In this document: positions 38,804 through 52,544 of the stretch, one piece after another
Layout: every line of letters begins with the position of its first letter
How positions within the stretch are numbered: position 1 is the first letter of the stretch
NCBI GenBank assembly: GCA_964016885.1
Contig: OZ024741.1
Coordinates: forward strand, 251,844,001 to 251,908,000
Direction of reading: 5' to 3'
Source of the DNA: Eledone cirrhosa
Taxonomy: Eukaryota
Length of the DNA: 64,000 nt
Program-made: the position numbers and the translations under genes
The notes under the pieces: model-generated
Seen by the model: the letters and a program-made list of their open reading frames with translations, nothing else
Told to the model about the DNA's origin: nothing
The model's database searches: none

Positions 38804-38939
38804 TAGAATATAAATATTAATAAAATAGATGTTCTTTTGATCAATTACATTTATTATACATATTTCGGATGTACAACACTACCTTGATTAAATCTTAAAT
38901 CTTAACCATTTAACATCTCAGGGTATGTCATGTATCATT

Positions 38940-38996
38940 ATATTTTGTCTGATGAGGACGTACTGTTGTACATCCAAAATATGTATAATAAAATGT
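38940..38996 (+). ncRNA. Minimal type I hammerhead motif with G12A substitution
   Basis: ATATTTTGT-CTGATGA-GGACGTAC-tgtt-GTACATCC-AAAA-T-ATGT-A-TA-ATAAAATGT; the inverted partial copy at 38801-38878 retains CCGAAA. Confidence 0.7.
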
Positions 38997-39158
38997 AATT
39001 GATCAAAAGAACATCTATTTTATTAATATTTATATTCTAATATTAATAACTCCCGAAAATTATTTTTTTCCCGTAGAGTGCTTCCAATCTACTGTAAAAC
39101 TCATTCTTTGATATACTCATTGAATTTTGTTTAACTCTTCAATATATATATATATATC

Positions 39159-39642
39159 CACTTACACCTCTCCAAGACAATGTCACTGGACCGAGATCTT
39201 TGGCGCTACACAGTAATACAGACAGAAGACCCGCCTTGCCTAAGTACAAAGCGAAACCTACAGTCAGTAGGCACCTCTAACAAAATACACCCCGGCCACA
39301 CTACCCCCACCCATCCACACCACCCCTTCCAATGTAAAGTTATGTTGGTACCACAACATCCAGTCTGAAACAAATGAGGTCGTGTAGGTGTCATGACAAA
39401 AAAACACACAGTCCACGCTGTAATGTGGCCGTGTAGGTAACACGGTAAAAACCTCCCAGTCCCACACTGTAAACATGGTTGGTGTTAGGAAGGGCATCCA
39501 GCCGTAGAAAACCCGCCAGACAGTCCTATACGAGCAAGACAACCAATCTTGCCTCAAGTGGGGAAAATTCCCGTCCAAACCCATGCTAGCGTGGAAGATG
39601 GATGTTAAACGATGTTGATGATGATGATGATGATGATGATGA
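39159..39642 (+). mobile_element. 5'-truncated RTE-clade LINE (ORF end + 3' UTR + (ATG)n tail)
   Basis: HLHLSKTMSLDRDLWR peptide; 3' UTR with GGAAGGGCATCCAGCCGTAGAAAA; (GAT)n tail; inverted homolog at 49072-49632. Confidence 0.8.
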
Positions 39643-39949
39643 TATATATATATAATATGACAGCAACAACAATACTTTCACAATTCCAGTCAGCTGGAAC
39701 AGGTAAAAGAGTAAGACTAAAAGAAGACATATATATGTTTGGTGTTGTTGTTTAACCCCAGGTCAGCCACAATGAAATAGACTTATAATCAAAAGTACTC
39801 CAACAATGACCATCCTGTCTTTCAAGAAATACATTATCTGATGTCTTTTCCTTTCCCAAATGTGGGATTTGAAGGAGATGCTATCTTTTTCTCTATTGTT
39901 TTTATTGTGGATGAGGTAGAGGATAATGATTATGGTGATGATGTTGATT

Positions 39950-42900
39950 TTGCTGTTGTTGTTGTTGTTGGGGGTGGTGATGTTGTTGTTGTTGTTGGGG
40001 GTGGTGATGGTGTTTTTGTTGTTGTTGGGGGTGGTGATGGTGTTGTTGTTGTTGTTGGGGGTGGTGGTGGTGTTTTTGTTGTTGGGGGTGGTGATGGTGT
40101 TGTTGTTGGGGATGGTGTTGGTGTTGTTGTTGTTGGGGGTGGTGATGGTGTTGTTGTTGGGGGTGGTGATGTTGTTGTTGTTGGGGGTGGTGATGGTGTT
40201 TTTGTTGTTGGGAGTGGTGATGGTGTTATTGTTGTTGGGGATGGTGTTGGTGTTGTTGTTGTTGGGGGTGGTGATGGTGTTGTTGTTGGGGGTGGTGATG
40301 GTGTTATTGTTGTTGGGGGTGGTGATGCTGTTGTTGTTGTTGGGGGTGGTGATGGTGTTGTTGTTGTTGGGGGTGGTGGTGGTGTTGTTGTTGTTGTTGT
40401 TGGGGATGGTGTTGTTGTTGTTGTTGGGGATGGTGTTGGTGTTGTTGTTGTTGGGGGTGGTGATGGTGTTGTTGTTGGGGGTGGTGATGTCGTTGTTGTT
40501 GGGGGTGGTGATGGTGTTTTTGTTGTTGGGGGTGGTGATGGTGTTATTGTTGTTGGGGGTGGTGATGGTGTTGTTGTTGTTGGGGGTGGTGATGGTGTTG
40601 TTGTTGTTGGGGGTGGTGGTGGTGTTGTTGTTGTTGTTGGTGGTGATGGTGTTGTTATTGGGGTGGTGATGGTGTTGTTGTTGTTGTTGGGGGGGGTGTT
40701 TTTTTTTGGGGGGGGGGGTGTTGGTGTTGTTGTTGTTGGGGCTGGTGATGGTGTTGTTGTTGTTGGGGGTGGTGATGGTGTTTTTGTTGTTGGGGGTGGT
40801 GATGGTGTTGTTGTTGTTGGGGGTGGTGATGGTGTTTTTGTTGTTGGGGGTGGTGATGGTGTTGTTGTTGTGTGGGGGGGGGGGTGATGGTGTTGTTGTT
40901 GTTGTTGGTGGTGTGGTGTTGTTGTTGGGGATGGTGTTGGTGTTGTTGTTGTTGGGGGTGGTGATGGTGTTGTTGTTGTTGGGGGTGGTGATGGTGTTGT
41001 TGTTGTTGGGGGTGGTGATGGTGTTGTTGTTGTTGGGGGTGGTGATGGTGTTTTTGTTGTTGGGGGTGGTGATGGTGTTGTTGTTGTTGGGGGTGGTGAT
41101 GGTGTTGTTGTTGTTGGGGGTGGTGATGGTGTTGTTGTTGTTGGGGGTGGTGATGGTGTTGTTGTTGTTGGGGGTGGTGATGGTGTTGTTGTTGTTGGGG
41201 GTGGTGATGGTGTTTTTGTTGTTGGGGGTGGTGATGGTGTTGTTGTTGTTGGGGGTGGTGATGGTGTTGTTGTTGTTGTTGGTGGTGTGGTGTTGTTGTT
41301 GGGGATGGTGTTGGTGTTGTTGTTGTTGGGGGTGGTGATGGTGTTGTTGTTGGGGATGGTGTTGGTGTTGTTGTTGTTGGGGGTGGTGATGTTGTTGTTG
41401 TTATTGGTGGTGATGGTGTTGTTGTTGGTGATGGTGATGGTGTTGTTGTTGGGGATGATGCTGTTGTTGTTGGGGGTGGTGATGTTGTTGTTGTTGTTGG
41501 TGGTGATGGTGTTGTTGTTGTTGTTGGGGGTGGTGATGGTGTTGTTGTTGTTGTTGTTGGTGGTGATGGTGTTGTTGTTGTTGGGGGTGGTGATGGTGTT
41601 GTTGTTGTTGTTGGGGGTGGTGATGGTGTTGTTGTTGTTGGGGGTGGTGATGGTGTTGTTGTTGTTGGGGGTGGTTGTGGTGTTGTTGTTGTTGGGGATG
41701 GTGATGGTGTTGTTGTTGTTGTTGTTGGTGGTGATGGTGTTGTTGTTGTTGGGGGTGGTGATGGTGTTGTTGTTGTTGTTGGTGGTGATGGTGTTGTTGT
41801 TGTTGGGGGTGGTGATGGTGTTGTTGTTGTTGGGGGTGGTGATGGTGTTGTTGTTGGGGGTGGTTGTGGTGTTGTTGTTGTTGGGGGTGGTGATGGTGTT
41901 GTTGTTGTTGGGGGTGGTGATGGTGTTGTTGTTGCTGGGGGTGGTGACGGTGTTGTTGTTGTTGGGGGTGGTGATGGTGTTGTTGTTGTTGGGGGTGGTG
42001 ATGGTGTTGTTGTTGTTGTTGGTGGTGATGGTGTTGTTGTTGGGGGTGGTGATGGTGTTATTGTTGTTGGGGGTGGTGATGGTGTTGTTGTTGTTGGGGG
42101 TGGTGATGGTGTTGTTGTTGTTGTTGGTGGTGATGTTGTTGTTGTTGGGGGTGGTGATGGTGTTATTGTTGTTGGGGGTGGTGATGGTGTTGTTGTTGTT
42201 GGGGGTGGTGATGGTGTTGTTGATGGGGGTGGTGATGGTGTTGTTGTTGTTGGGGGTGGTGATGGTGTTGTTGTTGTTGGGGGTGGTGATGGTGTTGTTG
42301 TTGTTGGGGTTGGTGATGTTGTTGTTGTTGGGGGTGGTGATGGTGTTGTTGTTGGGGGTGGTGATGGTGTTATTGTTGTTGGGGGTGGTGATGGTGTTGT
42401 TGTTGTTGGGGGTGGTGATGGTGTTGTTGATGGGGGTGGTGATGGTGTTGTTGTTGTTGGGGGTGGTGATGGTGTTGTTGTTGGGGGTGGTGATGGTGTT
42501 GTTGGGGTGGTTTTGTTGTTGTTGGGGGTGGTGATGGTGTTTTTGTTGTTGGGGGTGGTGAGGGTGTTGTTGTTGGGGGTGGTGATGGTGTTGTTGTTGG
42601 GGGTGGCAATTGTGTTTTTGTTATTGGGGGTGGTGATGGTGTTTTTGTTGTTGTTGGGGGTGGTTGTGGTGTTGTTGTTGATGGTGGTGGTGATGGTGTT
42701 TATGTTGTTGGGGGTGGTGATGGTGTTTTTGTTGTTGGGCGTGGTGATGGTGTTTTTGTTGTTGGGGGTGGTGATAGTGTTTTTGTTATTGGGGGTGGTG
42801 ATGGTGTTTTTGTTGTTGTTGGGGGTGGTTGTGGTGTTGTTGTTGATGGTGGTGGTGATGGTGTTTATGTTGTTGGGGGTGGTGATGGTGTTTATGTTGT

Positions 42901-45665
42901 TGGGGGTGGTGATGGTGTTTTTGTTGTTGGGGGTGGTGATAGTGTTTTTGTTGTTGGGGGTTGTGATGGTGTTTTTGTTGTTGGGGGTGGTGATGGTTTT
43001 GTTGGGGTGGTTTTGTTGTTGTTGGAGGTGGTGATGGTGTTTTTGTTGTTGGGGGTGGTGATGGTGTTGTTGTTGTTGGGAGTGGTGATGGTGTTGTTGG
43101 GGTGGTTTTGTTGTTGTTGGAGGTGGTGATGGTGTTTTTGTTGTTGGGGGTGGTGATGGTGTTGTTGTTGGTGGTGGTGATGGTGTTTATGATGGGGGTG
43201 GTGATGGTGTTTATGTTGTTGGGGGTGGTGATGGTGTTGTTGTTGGGGGTGGTGATGGTGTTGTTGTTGTTGGGGGTGGTGATGGTGTTGTTGTTGGCGG
43301 TGGTCGTGATGGTGTTGTTGTTGGGGGTGGTGGTGGTGTTTTTGTTGTTGGGAGTGGTGATGGTGTTGTTGGGGTGGTTTTGTTGTTGTTGGGGTTGGTG
43401 ATGGTGTTTTTGTTGTTGGGGGTGATGATGTTGTTGTTGTTAGGGGTGGTGATGGTGTTGTTGTTGGGGGTGGCAATGGTGTTTTTGTTATTAGGGGTGG
43501 TGATGGTGTTTTTGTTGTTGTTGGGGGTGGTTGTGGTGTTGTTGTTGATGGTGGTGGTGATGGTGTTTATGTTGTTGGGGGTGGTGATGGTCTTTATGTT
43601 GTTGGGGGTGGTGATGGTGTTTTTGTTGTTGGGGGTGGTGATGGTGTTTTTGTTGTTGGGGGTGGTGATGTTGTTTTTGTTGTTGGGGTGGTGATGGTTT
43701 TGTTGGGGTGGTTTTGTTGTTGTTGGAGGTGGTGATGGTGTTTTTGTTGTTGGGGTGGTGATGGTGTTGTTGTTGTTGTGAGTGGTGATGGTGTTGTTGG
43801 GGTGGTTTTGTTGTTGTTGGAGGTGGTGATGGTGTTTTTGTTGCTGGGGGTGGTGATGGTGTTGTTGTTGGTGGTGGTGATGGTGTTTATGTTGTTGGGG
43901 GTGGTGATGGTGTTGTTGTTGATGGGGGTGGTGATGGTGTTGTTGTTGTTGTTGGGGGTGGTGGTGGTGTTGTTGTTGGGGGTGGTGACGGTGTTGTTGT
44001 TGTTGGGGGTGGTGATGGTGTTGTTGTTGGGGGTGGTGATGGTGTTGTTGTTGGGGGGGGGGTTTGGGGGGGTGATGGTGTTGTTGTTGTTGGGGGTGGT
44101 GATGGTGTTGTTGTTGGGGGTGGTGATGGTGTTGTTGTTGGGGGTGGTGATGGTGTTGTTGTTGTTGGGGGGTGGTGATGGTGTTGTTGTTGGGGGTGGT
44201 GATGGTGTTGTTGTTGGGGGTGGTGATGGTGTTATTGTTGTTGGGGGTGGTGATGGTGTTGTTGTTGTTGGGGGTGGTGATGGTGTTGTTGATGGGGGTG
44301 GTGATGGTGTTGTTGTTGATGGGGGTGGTGATGGTGTTGTTGTTGTTGGGGGTGGTGATGGTGTTGTTGTTGGGGGTGGTGATGGTGTTGTTGTTGCTGG
44401 GGGTGGTGATGGTGTTGTTGTTGTTGGGGGTGGTGATGGTGTTGTTGATGGGGGTGGTGATGGTTTTGTTGTTGATGAGGGTGGTGATGGTGTTGTTGTT
44501 GTTGGGGGTGGTGATGGTGTTTTTGTTGTTGTTGGGGGTGGTTGTGGTGTTGTTGTTGATGGTGGTGGTGATGGTGTTTATGTTGTTGGGGGTGGTGATG
44601 GTGTTTTTGTTGTTGGGGGTGATGATAGTGTTTTTGTTGTTGGGGGTGGTGATGGTGTTTTTGTTGTTGGGAGTGGTGGTGGTGTTTTTGTTGTTGGGGT
44701 GGTGATGGTTTTGTTGGGGTGGTTTTGTTGTTGTTGGAGGTGGTGATGGTGTTTTTGTTGTTGGGGGTGGTGATGGTGTTGTTGTTGTTGTGAGTGGTGA
44801 TGGTGTTGTTGTTGGTGGTGATGGTGTTGTTGTTGGTGGTGATGGTGTTTTTGTTGTTGGGTGTGGTGATGGTGTTGTTGGGGTGGTTTTGTTGTTGTTG
44901 AAGGTGGTGATGGTGTTGTTGTTGGTGGTGGCGATGGTGTTTTTGTTGTTGGGGGTGGTGATGGTGTTTTTGTTATTGGTGGTGGTGATGGCAGTGGTGT
45001 CTATGGTAGTTGTAGTAGTGATGAAACTAGTTGTGATGGTGATAATGGTGCTGATGGCAGTGCTGGTGGTGATAATGATGGAGGTGATGGCAGTGGTGGT
45101 GACGATGATGGTGGTGATGATACTAATGGTGGTGATGGTAATGGTGGTGATGATGATGGTGGTGGTGATACTAATGGTGGTGATGGCAGTGGCGGTGATG
45201 GCAGTGTTGGTAATGGTGATGGTGGTGATGATAATGGTCGTGATGGCAGTGTTGGTGATGGTGATGGTGATAATGGTGGTGATGGCAGTGGTGCTGGTGG
45301 TGGTGGTGGTGATGATAATGGTGGTGATGGCAGTGGTGGTGGTGGTGGTGGTGGTGATAATGGTGGTGATGGCAGTGGTGGTGATGATGCTGATGATAAT
45401 GGTGGTGATGGCAGTGGTGGTGATGGTGGTTTGGATAATGGTGGTGATGGCAGTGGCGGTGATGATGGTGGTGATGGCAGTGGTGGTGATGATAATGGTG
45501 GTGATGGCAGTGGTGGTAGTGGTGTTGATGATAATGGTGGTGATGGCAGTGGTGGTGGTGGTGGTGATGATAATGGTGGTGATGGCAGTGGTGGTGATGA
45601 TAATGGTGGTGATGGCACTGGTGGTGGTGGTGGTGGTGGTGGTGGTGATAATGGCAGTGATGCTG
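39950..45665. repeat. 5.7-kb G/T-rich array: 24-27-bp unit GGGGGTGGTGATGGT(GTT)3-4, grading after ~44990 into GATGGCAGTGGTGGT..GATAAT units
   Basis: Directly visible; almost no C on the + strand. Confidence 0.97.
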
Positions 45666-45883
45666 CTGCTGTCCACATTGATTTTCTATAAGGTTTCCAA
45701 ATGAAGATCTCTTCATTACCCATCACATTGCCTGTTGCTGCTGCTGCTGCTATCCATCTCTCTATTTACACCTCTTCATTCCTGTCTACCTTACCTATAT
45801 ATATATATATATATATATACATGTGTGTGTATGTGTGCATGTATCCTCTCTATGTGCTTCTGTTTTCCTATATGTATTAGTAA

Positions 45884-45982
<99 letters not shown>

Positions 45983-46014
45983 ACACATACATATGCATAT
46001 AATTACACACACGG

Positions 46015-46059
<45 letters not shown>

Positions 46060-46369
46060 GCCACTATCTGTGTGTTTTCACATCTATTTATGTGAAGACC
46101 CTTCCCTTTATCTCTCTCAAGAATTACCATCACACCTATACCAATCTGCTATAATTCTAGCTCTAAGTACTAGCTCTGTGTATTAGCTACAGCTCATACC
46201 TATTATATCTAATAGCTACATCTATTAGCTAGAGCTATTATCTATAAGTATTAGCTGGAGCTATTACCTCCAGATATTAGCTAAAGGTATGACACTGTTA
46301 TGTTTATACCTGTAATTAGCTCTCTGATATCAGATGATACAACTAACTCTCTAGGGAGCCTCTACATGT

Positions 46370-46650
46370 TCATTTGATCTGCTAAAAATTGCAGTAAATC
46401 CTCCAGCAAATCACACTCTTCTTTCTTGGTAAAGGTGGGACACATTACATAATGTAGTCTGAGATATACATAAGTATGAACTAGCTATGATTAAACTGCT
46501 TTTAACCATAAGTCATTTATTTGATCTGCTAAAAATTGCAGTAAATCCTTCTGAAATCCCACTCTTCTATTTAGGGAAAGGTAGGACATATCACATAATT
46601 TAGTCCATGTATTTCAAGATATATAGAAGTATGAAATGGTTATGATTAAA
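46370..46650. repeat. Diverged ~148-bp tandem duplication
   Basis: ATTTGATCTGCTAAAAATTGCAGTAAATCC at 46372 and 46520 with collinear downstream similarity. Confidence 0.75.
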
Positions 46651-48377
46651 TTCCTGCCTCTTTGATTAGGGTTGACACTGGGTTAAACAACACCAACAGC
46701 TTACTCAATGAAAACGAACAATGGAAGTTTAAATATGGCCACTAGACTAGAAATAGTTATAAAATCTTTCTCATGTCAAAACTTCCTGTCTTTAATAAAT
46801 TAATCCATTTTTTATCATTTTAATCCAATTTACAGTTTGGGAGAAGTTAGAAGAATTACGGTTGGAAAATCTTTAAACATAAGTCTGGTGAATTAGATAG
46901 ACAACAATCACCAAATATAGTTCATCTACTCACTATAATGACTTAAACAATATAGTCATTGGTCAACACAGTTCTAATCAACTTGAACCAAATGTCAACT
47001 TGAATTAGTGATCATCTTGAACCATAGCTCAACTTAAATCAGAAATCAGCTTCAGGAGTCAACATTATATGTGTGCATGAGTTAACAAAGAAACTACTTT
47101 AACCCTAACCCTAACCGTAACCCCTGACCAGTTAGAAATAGAAACTCAAACTCTCACAATCACTGGCACAACAAGAAAAACATGATCTCTGGACATATGA
47201 GACAGACCAGAGCATGACTGCTGTTAAAACATCCCTTAAATGCTATCTATCTTACTAATCTCAGACAAATATAAGCAACACATGCACACCAGCACCACAA
47301 TAACTACCACTTTCATCATCACCACCACACACCCACTCACTTCCACAAACCTACCAACACAACTACAGCCATCAGTATCATCACCACAACTATTACCATC
47401 ACCACCAGACACCCACCTTCACTCACATACCATCACAATATGCTTGCAAAAGATTTTTTTTTAAATCATCACCAACATCATCATTTAACATCCACTTACC
47501 CTGCAAGCAAGGAAATTAATGAAGCTCATCCACTGACCTACCAGACAGGTTGAGGGTTCACATTCTACCAACTGCATTTTATAGTGGCATCAGCACTAGA
47601 GAGGTTGTCATGTCTTTGATACAACTGAAGGGTCCTCCAAACTTTTTGTCTGCTACGTTTTCTATGACTGGATTTCATTTCTAACACCAGTCACTTTACT
47701 GCATGTACTTGGTGTGTTTATTGTGTAGGTCACCAATGCTAGGGAGGTTGTTATGTCCTTGACACAACTAAAGGGTCTTATGACAAATACAATTCCAGCC
47801 TTTTCTTTTACATCCATATGATCAGTTGGTTACGCTTGGGGATCGAACCAGATTATTTGGAGATGGTTGGTTCTGAAAGAACCCTCTGGAAGACATGTCT
47901 GAGGACTTTGTCCACATGACCGTCTCAAGGAGGAGGAGGAGGAGGAATTTAAATGAAATGATGCCCTCCTTCCTTGATGCCCTAAGCATAGACTTATTTT
48001 GCTTAATGGTTAAATCCAGCATTTTGGTACACATCACCAATAAGTAGTGAGGAACTTTCAACAGCCCTGGATTAACTATTAAGCAAAATATAAACATGTT
48101 TAGAGCATTAAGTAAAGCTGGGCCTCACAGAAATATTTTTTCCACTGCCAGATTTACAATGGGCAATGGTGCAAAGTTGCAGCTAAAACAAACCCATAAA
48201 GAAAGGAACCTTCTAATTTTTCAGTGATTAGGGCCTCTTAAAATCTTAGTCTGGCTTAGACAGCAACTGTTGTAGTCTGACTGAGTTCACCATGCCTACC
48301 ACCCCTATTGCCACCACCAGAGTCTATGGGTGTACAAAAATAGACTGAAGAGTGGACAGAGTTCAATATCTAAAGAA

Positions 48378-48590
48378 TGTCAAACTGCAATATGTCCAAA
48401 CTGTCAAGCTGTGATATGTCCAAACTGTCAAACTGCAATATGTCCAAACTGTCAAACTGCAATATGTCCAAACTGTCAAAGTGCAATATGTCCAAACTGC
48501 CAAAATGCAATATGCCAAAGCTGCCAAACTGCAATATATCCAAACCATCAAATTGCAATATGTCCAAACTGTCAAGCTACAATATGTCAA
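48378..48590. repeat. 24-bp minisatellite (CAAACTGCAATATGTCCAAACTGT), ~9 copies
   Basis: Direct periodicity; reads as (CQTAICPN)n in one frame. Confidence 0.9.
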
Positions 48591-49071
48591 GAATATTAAA
48601 CTGTACCCTTATATACTTGCCTGTCAAGTCAGAATGAGCAATATGATTCTCAGCTTTGTGGAAACATGGTATAATTAGAAAGATGGATATGTGAACCATG
48701 GCACATCATTCAAACAGATAGCAGCATGCCATAGTACTGCTCAAAGCTGACCTGAGGCTACACAACAATGACAACACATACCACCCCACCTCCAGTACAT
48801 AACTACAAAACCCAGGCTCAGATAAAATCCTTTCGAAGCCCAACGCACGTGAAATATTAAAGTGTCCCCACCCTCCCACAATATATAAAGTCTGCCAAAA
48901 AAATGGAGGTGGGGATGATAAATATAATGAATTTGAATAAAATGGAGTCCTTCTTCTCTTGATGCCCTAAGTATCTGCTTATTTTGTTTAATGGATAATC
49001 CAGCCATGACAACATCGTAAAACTATATTATATCATCCCAGAACAATATTCAAGAGATATTGTCATATATA

Positions 49072-49632
49072 TCATCATCATCATCATCGTTTAACGTCTA
49101 TCTTGCATGCTAGCATGGGTTTAGACGGGAATTGTCCCAATTGAGGCAAGATTGGTCAGGTGACCATGTCTCGCTCATATAGGACTGTCTGGCAGGTTTT
49201 CTATGGCTGGATGCCCTTCTTAACACCAACCACGTTTACAGTGTGGACTGAGAGGTTTTTAGCGTGTTACCTACACGGCCACATTACAGTGTGGACTGTG
49301 TGTTTTTTTGTCATGACACCTATACAACCTCATTTATTTTGGACTGGATGTTGTGGTACCAACATAACTTTACAGAGAAAGGGTGGTGTTGGTAGGAGTG
49401 GGGGCTGGAGTAGGGGTAGTGGATTGGGGTGTGTATTTGGTTAGGAGGTGCCTACTGACTGTAGGTTTCGCTTTGTACATAGGCAAGGCGGGTCTTCTGT
49501 ATTACTGCGAAGCGCAAAGATCTCGGTCCAGTGACATTGTCTTAGAGAGGTGTAAGTGTGTAAGGTCGGAATTTATCAAATCGCCCCAGGTTTTTCTGGG
49601 TCTACCTACTCCGTAACTTCCATCAATTTTGA
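49072..49632 (-). mobile_element. 5'-truncated RTE-clade LINE
   Basis: Minus-strand translation KIDGSYGVGRPRKTWGDLINSDLTHLHLSKTMSLDRDL matches the RTE C-terminal GRPxKTW...DRxxWR pattern; 3' UTR and (ATG)n tail follow. Confidence 0.85.
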
Positions 49633-49699
49633 TCTATATATATATATATATATATATAAAGGAATAACAGGATACACACATGTGTGGGTATATATATTT

Positions 49700-49754
<55 letters not shown>

Positions 49755-49927
49755 CGTGTGTGTGTTTATACTTTATATGCTGTTTTAAATTTCGTCTGAA
49801 GCTATCTAATTTCTTACATCCATATTAACATTAACTCTACAAACACCAACACGCTTTGAGTTATCTCCCCTTGCCTTTGTTTCATTGAATTAAGCATAGT
49901 TCAGCCATGTTTAATTTTCCTTGATGT

Positions 49928-50225
49928 GGAGGCATGTGGCTGAGTGTTTAAGTTCAATGGTTCAATTCCCTGCAGCGTGTTGTATCCTTGAGGAAGACAT
50001 TATATTCTTTGCTGCTTTAGTCCCGTCTGCTAGCAAAAGATAAGTTGTATCTGTAATTCAAATTCTCAGCCATGTTTTACACTGTGTCATGCTGAATCTA
50101 CCTGAGAACTACATTAATGCTGTAGATATCTGAGGAATATACTGGCAGTCACATATTAATTTCATGAGCTGGCCGTTTCATTTGTTAAACAATTGTTCAA
50201 CTCATCGTTAGAACTGACAGAAACC
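49928..50225 (+). mobile_element. SINE with family-A-like tRNA head and different body (relatives at 57335-57530, 58805-58905)
   Basis: GGAGGCATGTGGCTGAGTG...GTTCAATTCC...CCTTGAGGAAGACA...CTGAATCTACCTGAGAACTACATTAA. Confidence 0.7.
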
Positions 50226-50444
50226 CACAAACACTTTTCCTTGATTCAACAAATTGACAAAGTCACTAGAGCATTGGATAAAATATATTGTAGAAAGGGT
50301 TCACAAATAAAGATAGTCAGCATCGAATTCAAATGATAGTCATGAGCAAGCATCTATTTAACAGACAGTCTTATACATAATAAGTCTATCCTAAGCCTGG
50401 AGGTTCATCAGACGAGATCTTAGTCCCAGTTTCACTGGCTTTAA

Positions 50445-50713
50445 CCCTTTAGCATTTACATTACTCTATATTTACAGTATTCTATATTTACAGTGCTCTA
50501 TATTTACAGTATTCTATATTTGCTATTGTATTTTCACAGTAAAGGCTTTATCTCACACAATTATCTCACATAATATCGAATTTATGAGATTTTGATATTA
50601 TTTATTTAGAGAACAATACCTTAACATAAGTATGAGCAGCCGGTTACAGCCAGTTTGAACAGAAAGAGATGAGAGAATTCTAGCTGGATACGGCCAGTTT
50701 AAATGCTAAAAGG
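50445..50713 (-). mobile_element. piggyBac-like MITE nested in a minus-strand SINE (~50420-50932)
   Basis: TTAA|CCCTTTAGCATTTA...TAAATGCTAAAAGG; body is the reverse complement of 34234-34437; SINE head at 50820-50932. Confidence 0.8.
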
Positions 50714-52544
50714 ATAAGCTACTAAAAGTACAAGACTCCTCCATGGACAGGACACCAATCCATTGTAGAGTTAACTTCCAGCTACTGCTGATACTTATTT
50801 TCATCTGAATATGCTGGAGCAACATGAAATGAAGTGTTTTGCTCAAGAACACAATGTGTCAACTGGTCCAGGAATCAAACCCACATTATCATTGTAAATC
50901 CAGCATCCTAACCACTAGGCCATGTGCTTTCACATACTGCAAATAATTAGAATTTTATTATACAGAAACTATGTTATATGACAGCTACAGCTTGATAACA
51001 TCTGTTTTCCCTATACCAGTAGCTGGTGTGATCTGTGGTTGGTTTATGGAATATAGGGATACAGATCGGTGGTTGGCTTAATGGTGTTTTCTGAGTCTTT
51101 TATTTATGGGTTAGGGCAATCAATGGTCTTATTTGCATATATATATGCATATTTATATACATACATATGGACAAGCAGACTGGCAATAACACATACATAC
51201 ACACAATATAGACAAACACTTCAAGATACCTTAACATGTATGCACTCACACTAACATATAGACAGAGAGACTAAAACAGACAGCTAAACTTCAACCTCTC
51301 TCTCATTGCCAGGACATTGCTTCTGTATTTCTATTCCATAAATACTTTCATGGTTGTTGTTCTGCCAAACTTTCTTCATGCAGTTGCTATTAAGTGGCTT
51401 ATCATTCTATTAACCCTTCCATTACCATATTTCTAATGAAAAACACTGCATATGATTTTCAAATCATTTTGAAAATAATCAAGAATTTGGAAGGATTGAA
51501 TAAAATAAATAACTTTCTTATTATTAAGCTACTGTTTGGAACATAACAAAATTTCTTACATAAAATTATGATGGAACGTTTATCACTTGCAGGGAATGGA
51601 TGTTAAATGATGATGGTAATAAACAGTTTTAAATCATAGAATTAGGAGTGGTTTCAGGCAGTTTAGTATCAAGTGTAAATTTTCATCCTTTCACAGTAGT
51701 TGTCTCCTCTTGTAAGAAGTATTTCTATTCTAGTAGTTTCTTTCCTCAAATTTTTGTCTGATGGAACTCTCTTTCTTCTTCTTGTTTCTCTGATAGATAT
51801 ACATCTTAACACTTTCATTACCATATATATAATAAAATATACTGAATTTAAATTAATTAATGAAGGATTTGGAGGGATTTACTAAAATAATCAATTATTT
51901 CATTATTAAGGTGTTTTTTTTTGGGGGGGGGGGGGGTGTATTCAGAGCGAGTATGATTGTGTTACACAGTGATTTGGTTATAAACAGCTTAAAAATAGCT
52001 AGGTTATTCAAAATATTTTATCAAACGTTTGTTAAGCTGAAACTTTTAAGGGGCAAACCCCTAGATGGTATTTGTAATAGAATTTAACAAAAGGTTCTTA
52101 TGTCAAGTTATGTTGGAAATTTAAAATTCAAATAGGAACCCTTTAAAATGAGTAGATTTGTTTCATAGAACCAAAGGCAATTTAGGATGGGGCTGTATCA
52201 AAATGGTTAATATTTTAAATTTTCCTGCTGATCAGTTTTTGGTGTTAAGTACAGTGTTTCATTATATTTTCTTTTCTTTCGTTACTCTCAACAAATTGTT
52301 GGTTACTTGCCGCCTTCTTGGAGGGGGTGGGGGATTTCAAATGTAAAAAAAAAAAAAACTTATATAGAATCACAGAGAAACATGACCTATCAAGTGAGCT
52401 TCTATTCATTCACTTGTCATGCTAAACATAACAGTTAAATTTCCTTCGAATCACACTTCACTATCTTTAAAAAAATGTGGAATACATTCATCTGTATTCT
52501 TAGATATAAAAATTGATGGGATAGTCATGGTTGGAATGTATATG

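Noticed and set aside
39841-45726. Long Gly/Val-, Thr/Pro- or His-rich ORFs (mucin/extensin-like)
   Set aside because: Open in several frames on both strands because the triplet-based repeat lacks stops; frames break at indels
47099-47124. Telomere-like (TAACCC)n
   Set aside because: Only about four imperfect units; too short to call an interstitial telomere
50395-50440. CTGATGA and GAAAC on the minus strand as a possible type II hammerhead
   Set aside because: No consistent stems I-III; the GAAAC appears to belong to a SINE body
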